Shown in pieces: positions 9,318-16,740 of a stretch of DNA of 64,000 nucleotides (the stretch's first letter is position 1; every line of letters starts with the position of its first letter). Source of the stretch: Dehalococcoidia bacterium. GTDB lineage: Bacteria > Chloroflexota > Dehalococcoidia > Lucifugimonadales > UBA3495. The stretch spans positions 1,099,106 through 1,163,105 of the forward strand of contig OY764869.1 in the NCBI GenBank assembly GCA_963668585.1, read 5' to 3'. The position numbers were made by a program, and so were the translations under genes. The notes under the pieces are model-generated. The model was not told where the DNA came from and did no database searches. It was given only the letters and a program-made list of their open reading frames with translations.

Positions 9318-10091
9318 TAGGGCAATGGACGGGCAGAGCACGACGGACAATTCGCCTGGGGGTGTTAGTTCCTCGACGATGCGCAGGGAGATACGGGTCT
9401 TGCCGGTGCCGCAGGGGAGGATGATTTTCCCGCGAGCTTGGCCTATAGGTAGGCCGCCGCTTTCAGATTGTTCGTGTTCCTTGAGAATTCGGACGCTTTC
9501 GGCAATGGCCTCTGCTTGCATGCAGGATTTGGTCTGGCGACGGATTTCGCCATCGGGGTTGGGTTCGCAGTGAGGACATTCCTCGAACGTGAACGCTGCT
9601 TGCTGCTGCAAAAGGTCGTTGGCGATGTTGATCACCTTGACCGGTTTGTCCGTCAGTGCTCCGATCTGCTGGAGGTTGGCGCTGATAGGGTTATCTCCGT
9701 TGGTGACGATCCAGCGTTCTGCCCAGAATGCTCCTGCGGAGGTGGATGCGAAACTGTCGACTTCACCCTTGTGGATAGGTTGGCCGTGGCCGCCGGCATC
9801 CAGCTGGCGGGACTTGCATTGGATGGCGATGTAGTGGTCGTCGCCACGGCGTTGGGCGACGCAATCGATTCCGATGTCTTGTTTGGTGACACCTGGAAAA
9901 TGAATCTCACGGTCGGGCCATTCTGCCCACGGCCAACACTGGGCAATGTCCCATTCCTTGACGTAGGGAGCTACTTGATAGGTGAGATCCTCAAGCCAAG
10001 TTCCGTCCGTGCTTTGAGGGTTCATCTCAGCAACTATGCTGATCCCTTGATCGATGATCTGTTGGTCGATGGAATGCTGCATCGTGTCCAT
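9288..10091 (-). pseudogene. Type ISP restriction-modification enzyme, N-terminal part (Mrr-like PD-(D/E)xK nuclease plus helicase motif I), truncated by IS630
   Basis: GIDCVAQRRGDDHYIAIQCK is a D...QxK nuclease core, and ILPCGTGKT is a Walker A motif. Host sequence ends at 9320. The last residues of the track ORF (VYSQTCIGR) are read from the IS end. Confidence 0.75.
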
Positions 10092-10241
10092 CCCGCGTTA
10101 CTCGTGACTTGGGGATGGCGGCGATTATACCGGGTCAAGCTGGTCCATGTATCTCAGGAATTGGTTCATCATCTGCACGAGGCAGATGGTGAGGATCGCC
10201 GGGTGCATCGGCGTGTTCGGTTTGATGGGTTTCGCCTTCAG

Positions 10242-11540
10242 TTATTTGGTGGTCATGTGGCGTATCTTGTCGAAGTTGCCCGTCCTCAAGCGGGCAATCA
10301 TGGTTGCTAGGTAAGCGATCCTGGACATCTTGGCGTGTAATCTTATTTTTGCGATACCGAGGGACTGGTGTCGATCGAGCAACCTGGAATGCTTGGCGCT
10401 GCGAAAAAAGCGTTCGACGGTCTGACGCATTTTGTATAACTGCTTCCACTCCACGGTGAATCGTGGAATGACGCCAACTACTCGGAGAGCAATCCCTTCT
10501 GGCTTTTCCCAGTAATCCGAATCGCAAGTGGTGAAGAGGCTGTCGCCGTTTTTGAGATGACAACCTTCTGGATCGCAACGGAACCTGTGGCCTTTGTCGG
10601 TGTCAGACTCCAAATATTGCATCGGGGCCCCGCCCACGCAAGTAGGAATTCCTTTTTCGGTGAATATGCCACCGTGCAGGTTCGTGTTCGATGGCGCCCT
10701 GAGAGGCGTAATCGGTATGGTCCCGTTATTCACCAGAGTTTGTTGGTGGTTCCGGCTATCGTAAGCCTTGTCGCACATGATGTATTTCAGCGGCATATGA
10801 GGGTGGCGTGTTCGAATGTGTTCAATGAGCGGAAGTAACTGCTTGACGTCGCTTTCGTTTGCCGGCAAGGTGATGCTGGCCAGCGGGACTCCGTATAGGG
10901 CGTCTACAATCGTGTGTTCCTTGTAACCGTAGAACGCCTCGGTTTTCCCCTGCTGCGGGCTGCTCCGCTTTCTGGTGCGGTGACCCCACTTGGCGTCAGG
11001 GTCGGTTGCGTCCCACTGTTCGCTTTTTCTGGGTGGACGACCGTATGCGGGGATATCGGTTGAATCGATGGCCAAATAAGTGCCGAGTTGTGGAGCATTC
11101 GGCGAGATGATGTGTTGAGCTTTGTGTTCCTCGATAAGTAGGTGGATCGACGTGGTGCATTCTGCGATGGCTTGGTCCACTATCGATTGCAGGTCTGGAT
11201 TCCGAGCGATGCGTGATTTGAAACGCGAATATGTAGCCTCGGTGAGCGGGCGGTCCAAACCGCAAATATCAGCCAAGCGTTGGTCGGCGTTGAGTGTGTC
11301 TAGGAACCTGTTTGCGTATCGTATGTTCAAGACGAACTGTAGCAGGAATGCGCGCCATAGCGCTTCGCTCGGGATCCCGTTGCGGCCATGATGACGGCCG
11401 TTTCTGCGAAGCGACTTAAGCTCTCGGAGCAGAGAGGCAGAGTGAACCGCATCGAGTATCGCTTCAATCAAAGCGTAGCCCGATTGGGGCGTTTGGGCTT
11501 GAGTTGCGGCTGTGGTCCGCTTAGAATGCGATGCGTCCAC
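10242..11540 (-). CDS. DDE transposase, IS4/IS5 superfamily (DDE_Tnp_1-like)
   Basis: 432-aa ORF with candidate catalytic residues in LAIDSTDIPAYG, YIMCDKAYDS and TVERFFRSAKH, plus FYGYKEHTIVD. GC is visibly lower than in the flanks. I could not define the IS ends. Confidence 0.75.
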   Translation of the reverse strand: MDASHSKRTTAATQAQTPQSGYALIEAILDAVHSASLLRELKSLRRNGRHHGRNGIPSEALWRAFLLQFVLNIRYANRFLDTLNADQRLADICGLDRPLTEATYSRFKSRIARNPDLQSIVDQAIAECTTSIHLLIEEHKAQHIISPNAPQLGTYLAIDSTDIPAYGRPPRKSEQWDATDPDAKWGHRTRKRSSPQQGKTEAFYGYKEHTIVDALYGVPLASITLPANESDVKQLLPLIEHIRTRHPHMPLKYIMCDKAYDSRNHQQTLVNNGTIPITPLRAPSNTNLHGGIFTEKGIPTCVGGAPMQYLESDTDKGHRFRCDPEGCHLKNGDSLFTTCDSDYWEKPEGIALRVVGVIPRFTVEWKQLYKMRQTVERFFRSAKHSRLLDRHQSLGIAKIRLHAKMSRIAYLATMIARLRTGNFDKIRHMTTK

Positions 11541-11822
11541 GTCGAGGTCGGAATCTCATGTGGCATAGCCGCCGGGAGGTGTCAGCTCCTGGCGGCGCTT
11601 TCGTTGAAGTAATTAGAACGAACGTATCAAATAATACTGATCCTTGCTGGCGCAGTTTTGGCGCGATCCGTAGCCGGCGTAGATTTCCTAGAACGGTCGT
11701 GAGTTGGGCAATCGCAGTGTCTCCGGACAGAGGACAACTCGTCCAACGGCTTTGCAGCTAAGTCGGTCTAAAAAATAGGAATATGCGACTTCTCCAGCTT
11801 GTGACCGTGTCCGGAACTGTGC

Positions 11823-11849
11823 AAAAAAACGGCGCCTGTTGATGGCGCC
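11823..11849 (-). terminator. intrinsic terminator-like hairpin (GGCGCC-ATCAACA-GGCGCC followed by GTTTTTTTG on the minus strand)
   Basis: The plus strand reads aaaaaaacggcgcctgttgatggcgcc. No annotated minus-strand gene ends just upstream of it. Confidence 0.5.
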
Positions 11850-12084
11850 GGGCTCTTGTGGGGTTGGCAGGTCCCGCGGTTTGTACCGGGACCCGCGCCG
11901 TGGCGAGAGGCTCAAGGCGGCTTCGCCAGCGAAATGGAAACTGCCGAATCTAGCACCGGTTGAAATCGGAGTGGGTGGCGTATTTCGTCACCCCGAAGCT
12001 CGCTTATCGTAGCGGCCTATCCCGTGCGACGAGATATGCAATTGTCTCTTACAGGGATGCACAGGATGTACAGGATGATGAGGT

Positions 12085-12176
12085 TGCCGGAACGGTTGCC
12101 TGCTCGCCGTCCGCTGATCCTGAGCCTGTCGAAGGATGGGCGGGATACCTTGTCTATTGTCGATAATCGAATGGCG
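12085..12176 (-). repeat. intergenic palindromic MITE/REP-like element, copy 1 (core 12111-12143)
   Basis: The core is ccgctgatcctgagcctgtcgaaggatgggcgg. The right flank ttgtcgataatcgaatggcg is the reverse complement of the L-arm seen in other copies. Confidence 0.7.
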
Positions 12177-12196
12177 CTCTGCCATCCCGGTGCGAC

Positions 12197-13705
12197 TTGT
12201 CGCGTCTGAGGTTCTTTGCTACGCTGGCGCGCACCCCCAAGAGCCCCCTGGATTGCGCCGTGAGTACGCCAGACCGATACCAGATCTACGACCTCGAAGA
12301 CGCCGTATTCGACGAGATGTTCCTCCCGGAAGGAGCGCCGCGTCCCCATTGCGAGCGACTCTTCAGCACGCTGTCCGACTATTCCGACGATCAGTTGACC
12401 GGAATCCAGGAGCGGGTCACCCGTTCCTTCTCCAACGAGGGAATCACCTTCACCGTGTATGGGGACGCCGAAGCGGAAGAACGCATCATCCCCATCGACT
12501 GCATACCCCGCCTGCTGCCCAAATCCGAGTGGGACTTCCTCGACGCCGGCCTCACCCAGCGGCTCAAAACCCTCAACCTGTTCATCCAGGACGTGTACGG
12601 CGATGCGCAAATCGTCGCCGATGGCGTGATTCCCGCCGAGGTGGTGTACGGATGCCCGCATTACCGGCCCGAGATGCGCGGGTTCACACCGCCCCAGGGA
12701 ACCTGGGTGGCAGTCTGCGGCACCGACATCGTCCGGACCAACGACGGCTTCCTCGTCCTTGAAGACAACCTCCGCGTACCCTCCGGCGTCTCCTACATGA
12801 TCGCCAACCGGAAGGCCACCAAGACCAGCCTGCGCCGCCTGTACCGCGACTCCCGCGTCTGCGAGGTGGAGCACTACGGACGCTTCCTCCAGGAGACGCT
12901 GCGGGAACTGGCGCCCGACGGCCGCGCGAACCCCAGGATCGCCCTGCTGACGCCCGGCGTGTACAACTCCGCCTTCTATGAGCACATGTTCCTTTCCCGC
13001 GAAATCGGCGCCGAGTTGGTGGAAGGCCGCGACCTGCTGGTGCGCGACGGCTTCGTGTACATGCGTACCACCACCGGACTGGAGCGGGTTGACGTAATCT
13101 ACCGACGGGTTGACGACGACTTCCTCGACCCTCTGGCGTTCCGGCCCGACTCCGTTCTCGGCGTCCCCGGCCTCATCGACGCCTATCGCGCCGGCAACGT
13201 GGCCCTGGCCAACGCTCCCGGCACCGGCGTGGCCGACGACAAGAGCGTCTATGCCTACGTGCCCGCCATGGTGCGGTACTACCTCAACGAGGAACCCCTG
13301 CTGCAAAACGTCGAGACCTACCTGTGCCGGAACCCGGAGGGTCTTGAGTACACGCTGGACAACCTCGACAAGCTTGTGGTCAAACGGGTCGGCGAGTCCG
13401 GCGGCTACGGTATGCTGGTGGGGGTTCAGGCCTCGCCGGCGGAGCGCGACGAGTACGCCCGGCAGATCCTGGCCGACCCCAGCGACTTCATCTCCCAGCC
13501 CACGCTGGACCTCTCCCGGTCGCCGTGCCTGATCGACGGCCGTTTCGAGCCGCGCCACGTTGACCTCCGCCCGTTCATCCTGCACGGGCAGACGACCCGC
13601 ATCGTCCCCGGCGCCTTCTGTCGCGTGGCGCTTCGCCGCGGCAGCATCGTCGTCAACTCCAGCCAGGGCGGCGGCGGCAAAGACGTCTGGGTGATTGAGG
13701 ACTGA
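12197..13705 (+). CDS. circularly permuted type 2 ATP-grasp protein
   Basis: 502-aa ORF with family-typical stretches (...IPIDCIPRLLPKSEWDFLDAGLTQRLKTLNLFIQDVYGD..., ...NAPGTGVADDKSVYAYVP...). The true start may be slightly downstream. Confidence 0.8.
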   Translation: MSRLRFFATLARTPKSPLDCAVSTPDRYQIYDLEDAVFDEMFLPEGAPRPHCERLFSTLSDYSDDQLTGIQERVTRSFSNEGITFTVYGDAEAEERIIPIDCIPRLLPKSEWDFLDAGLTQRLKTLNLFIQDVYGDAQIVADGVIPAEVVYGCPHYRPEMRGFTPPQGTWVAVCGTDIVRTNDGFLVLEDNLRVPSGVSYMIANRKATKTSLRRLYRDSRVCEVEHYGRFLQETLRELAPDGRANPRIALLTPGVYNSAFYEHMFLSREIGAELVEGRDLLVRDGFVYMRTTTGLERVDVIYRRVDDDFLDPLAFRPDSVLGVPGLIDAYRAGNVALANAPGTGVADDKSVYAYVPAMVRYYLNEEPLLQNVETYLCRNPEGLEYTLDNLDKLVVKRVGESGGYGMLVGVQASPAERDEYARQILADPSDFISQPTLDLSRSPCLIDGRFEPRHVDLRPFILHGQTTRIVPGAFCRVALRRGSIVVNSSQGGGGKDVWVIED

Positions 13706-13710
13706 CCGCC

Positions 13711-14769
13711 ATGCTTGCCCGCAGCGCCCAGGGACTCTACTGGATGGGCCGTTACCTGGAACGGGCCGACCACCTGTGCCGTCTGCTGCGGCTTCAAACC
13801 GAGGCGTTGGTTGACCGGCCCGTGGCCGAAATCTACAGCGGCTGGAACCGCATCTACTCATCGCTGGACCGCCAGCCGCCGGGCACGGGCCTCGACATGC
13901 TGCCCAACGCCGGCTTCGATCAGGCCCAGGCTCAGGGCGAGGGCGTGCTGCAGGTCATGGGCGTGCCCGGAACCCGGGCGTGGCAGATCAGCGGGGGCGA
14001 TGAGTACACCCTGGCCGATTCCTTCACGCTGGCCGACGACCTCACCTTTGAAAGCTCCAACCCCGGTTCGGTCTGGAGTTGCTTCGCCCAGGGCCGCGAA
14101 AACGCCCGGCAGATCCGCCATTGCATCAGCGCCGAGATGTGGCGGTCGCTCAACCTCGCCTACCTGCGCATCCAGCACATCAACATCCTGGAAATCTGGA
14201 ACTCATCGCCCGAAGCCTTCTACCTCGAAATTGACGCCGACATCGACAACTTCATGGGCGTGGCCGCCGCCACCATGTACCGCGATGAGGGGTGGCACTT
14301 CATGCAGTTGGGCCGGTTCATCGAGCGCGCCCAGTTGTCGGTGGCGCTCTACCTGGCCCAGATCGAACTCTTCCCCGTTGACTACTCGGGCCCCTACGAG
14401 GGTTCCGAGTCCGATTGGGTCACGCTGCTCCGCATGTATCACGCGGTGGAAGCCTACAACCGGGCGTACAGCGTGGAGGTCTCCCCGGTCCAGGTGCTGG
14501 AACTGCTGGTCACGGATCCACTGCTGCCGGACTCCCTGTGCCGGTCTCTGGAGGTCGTGGCCTCGGAACTCTCGTCCATCGCGCCCGGCCCCGACGCCGA
14601 GGCCGATGCTGCCGCGCGCCGCCTGGCCGGCCGGTTGACGGCCGTGGTCAACTACGATTGGCCCGATGCCTCCGACAAGCAGCGACTGCTGCTGCGCCTG
14701 AGAGAGCGCTGTTTCGAGTTGCACGGCCTGGTCTCCACCGCCTTCTTCGACTACGCCCTCACCGGCTAG
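13711..14769 (+). CDS. alpha-E domain-containing protein (usual partner of the permuted ATP-grasp)
   Basis: 352-aa ORF beginning MLARSAQGLYWMGRYLERADHLCRLLR..., the typical alpha-E N-terminus. It starts 5 nt after the ATP-grasp stop. Confidence 0.8.
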   Translation: MLARSAQGLYWMGRYLERADHLCRLLRLQTEALVDRPVAEIYSGWNRIYSSLDRQPPGTGLDMLPNAGFDQAQAQGEGVLQVMGVPGTRAWQISGGDEYTLADSFTLADDLTFESSNPGSVWSCFAQGRENARQIRHCISAEMWRSLNLAYLRIQHINILEIWNSSPEAFYLEIDADIDNFMGVAAATMYRDEGWHFMQLGRFIERAQLSVALYLAQIELFPVDYSGPYEGSESDWVTLLRMYHAVEAYNRAYSVEVSPVQVLELLVTDPLLPDSLCRSLEVVASELSSIAPGPDAEADAAARRLAGRLTAVVNYDWPDASDKQRLLLRLRERCFELHGLVSTAFFDYALTG

Positions 14770-14968
14770 CGCTCGGGGCGACCCGCGCGGAAATATCCCG
14801 CCGCACGACCTTGCGGTGTGCCGGGATGGCCGTATGTGATTGCCCAAGTAATCTGCGCCTGATAAAATGCGAACCACCTGGCGGGGCAGGGCTCGGCAAG
14901 GCAGGTGAGCGGTCCGTATGGGGCCGCTTAAGCATTTCAGCGCGTAGGCCCCAAAAGCAGGAGGCTCC

Positions 14969-15295
14969 ATGCCAGCAGCGCAAACATTGAGCCCCGAAGC
15001 GGAACAAAACGTTGCCCAGATCGTTCGGCTCGATCTTGAACCCATAACTGCAAAGGGGATATCGATCAGCGAGATCAGGATCATGCCGGGAGAGGACCAG
15101 GACGGGGACCCGTATCACCACATCATTGTCATCTACTCAGGGAACGACGACCTCCTGGACCCGTCGTGGCTCAACGGTTTCAAGAGACGGAACCGAGACG
15201 AGTTGGCCAAGTGGGGCGTCCACATCACAACAGAGTCATACGTCGAAGACGGCGAGTGGTCTCAAGTGTCGAACGGCTCGTCCTACGAAGGGTAA
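14969..15295 (+). CDS. hypothetical protein (upstream partner of the HEPN-like gene)
   Basis: 108-aa ORF with an AGGAGG RBS 5 nt upstream of the ATG. I recognised no family. Confidence 0.6.
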   Translation: MPAAQTLSPEAEQNVAQIVRLDLEPITAKGISISEIRIMPGEDQDGDPYHHIIVIYSGNDDLLDPSWLNGFKRRNRDELAKWGVHITTESYVEDGEWSQVSNGSSYEG

Positions 15296-15301
15296 AGAGG
15301 G

Positions 15302-15793
15302 GTGAACTGGGAGCAGTTGCTCGAGCTTGCCGAGATGCTGGCCGGGGCGCCGCAACACGGCGAGACCAGAGGCAGGCCGCAACAGACCTACCTCAGAAAA
15401 GCGAATAGCGCCGCATACTATGCCATGTTTCATGCCGTCGCCAACAGCAACGCGGACACACTGATCGGCACAACGCTGGCAGTCCGCCGAAGTGAAGAAT
15501 GGACCGCGACCCAACGGGCGCTCAATCACGGGATTGCGAAGAGCCAGATGCTCAACAAGAGCCGGATGTCAACCTTCCATGCCGACATACAGGACTTCAG
15601 CGAGACATTCATAGCGTTGCAGGTCCAGCGGCACGATGCGGACTACAACCCAAACCCGGATACACCCCCGACCAGAACGCAAACAATGCGCAATGTCCAA
15701 CGCGCTCGCGACGCAATCAAGGCCTTCTGGGCAGTATCACTGCAAGAACGTAAACGCTTCGCTACCCACCTCCTGTTTCCGAGACGAAACTGA
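15302..15793 (+). CDS. HEPN-like (UPF0332-type) protein
   Basis: 163-aa ORF with a GTG start 6 nt after the upstream stop. ...YLRKANSAAYYAMFHAVAN... and ...LQVQRHDADYNP... resemble the UPF0332/HEPN helices with the R..aDY motif. Confidence 0.55.
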   Translation: MNWEQLLELAEMLAGAPQHGETRGRPQQTYLRKANSAAYYAMFHAVANSNADTLIGTTLAVRRSEEWTATQRALNHGIAKSQMLNKSRMSTFHADIQDFSETFIALQVQRHDADYNPNPDTPPTRTQTMRNVQRARDAIKAFWAVSLQERKRFATHLLFPRRN

Positions 15794-15884
15794 GGGATAC
15801 TGTGCCAAGGTCCGCTAGCCGTGCAGATGCGGGCGGGTTACCCTGCCGCCGACCGGAGTGGCGAAATCGTCTCGCTCCATCCAT

Positions 15885-16011
15885 GGCCATTTGATTATTG
15901 GTGATCGATGACGTAGTCGGCTCATCCTGAGCGTGTCTAAGGACGAGCGGACGGTGAGCAGGGGGCGTTCTGGCAACGGCAATTGCCTGTTGCCAGGATA
16001 ATCGAATGGCC
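15885..16011 (+). repeat. intergenic palindromic MITE/REP-like element, copy 2, full length (core 15917-15950)
   Basis: The terminal inverted repeats are ggccatttgattatt and aggataatcgaatggcc. The core is tcggctcatcctgagcgtgtctaaggacgagcgg. The R-arm is gttctggcaacggcaattgcctgttgccagg. Confidence 0.8.
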
Positions 16012-16129
16012 GGGACCAGCAACCCTCCGGCATTGCGGAAGTTGACATATCCCTTTATCATTGAAATTCAGGTTCGGGCCGCCGCGGCGCCTTGGCAATC
16101 CACGTCCGAACAATCCGAGGAGTATTCAA

Positions 16130-16555
16130 TTGGCTGACCAGCCCAGCGAAAAAGCCATCCAGCGGATGCGCCTGTTTGTCGAGCGTTACTGCGAAAAATC
16201 GGGTACCCACACCCACCCTGAAGAAGGGGTCGCAGAATCCGTAATCCTGGGCCTGGCCCAGAACGTGGATGAAATCGGCCGGCCGCTCTGCCCCTGCCGC
16301 TTCTATCCCAGCAAGGAAGAAGAGGTCAAGCATCGCACGTGGATTTGCGCCTGCGATGATATGCAGATCTACAAGTACTGCCATTGACTGCTCTTCGTAA
16401 CTGAGGGCGGTCTGCCCATCACCGAACATCTTCCCGAAGACCACGAAGGCCGCGCCATCTACGGCGAGGTGAAAGACCCGACGCCCGACAAGGGCCGGCC
16501 CCTGCGCCACAAGGCGGAGGAACGCGAACAGGAGCGCAGGGATCGACCTTCCTGA
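16130..16555 (+). CDS. ferredoxin:thioredoxin reductase catalytic subunit with an in-frame TGA (candidate selenocysteine) at 16385-16387
   Basis: The start is TTG at 16130, with a GAGGAG RBS upstream. The pattern CPC-x16-CAC-x8-CH[TGA]LLFVT matches the FTR CPC/CPC/CHC signature. The same frame continues to the TGA at 16553-16555. A hairpin lies at 16394-16426. Confidence 0.7.
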
Positions 16556-16671
16556 CGCCTCACGCGACGCCGCGCCTCACCCGTGGCAAGATTCAAAGAG
16601 GGCCGCTCCCGCATGATTGGGGGAGCGGCCCTTCTGCGATGCAACGTTGTCTCCCATCCGCGCCAACATAG

Positions 16672-16720
16672 ACGCAGTCCGCTCATCCTGAGCCTGTCGA
16701 AGGACGAGCGGCCGGCGAAC
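16672..16720. repeat. intergenic palindromic element, copy 3 (core 16679-16711, arms degenerate)
   Basis: The core is ccgctcatcctgagcctgtcgaaggacgagcgg. Confidence 0.7.
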
Positions 16721-16740
16721 GACAAACCGTTCCGGCCGCC

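Noticed and set aside
12017-13861. Long antisense ORFs: 12017..13861, 28989..30434, 38245..39561, 40651..41874, 43574..45352, 24720..25385, and many 100-400-aa ORFs opposite the giant gene.
   Set aside because: They lie opposite clearly recognisable genes. They are rich in Arg/Gly/Ala/Pro or His/Asp/Gly, as expected for shadow frames in high-GC DNA, and they show no family signatures.
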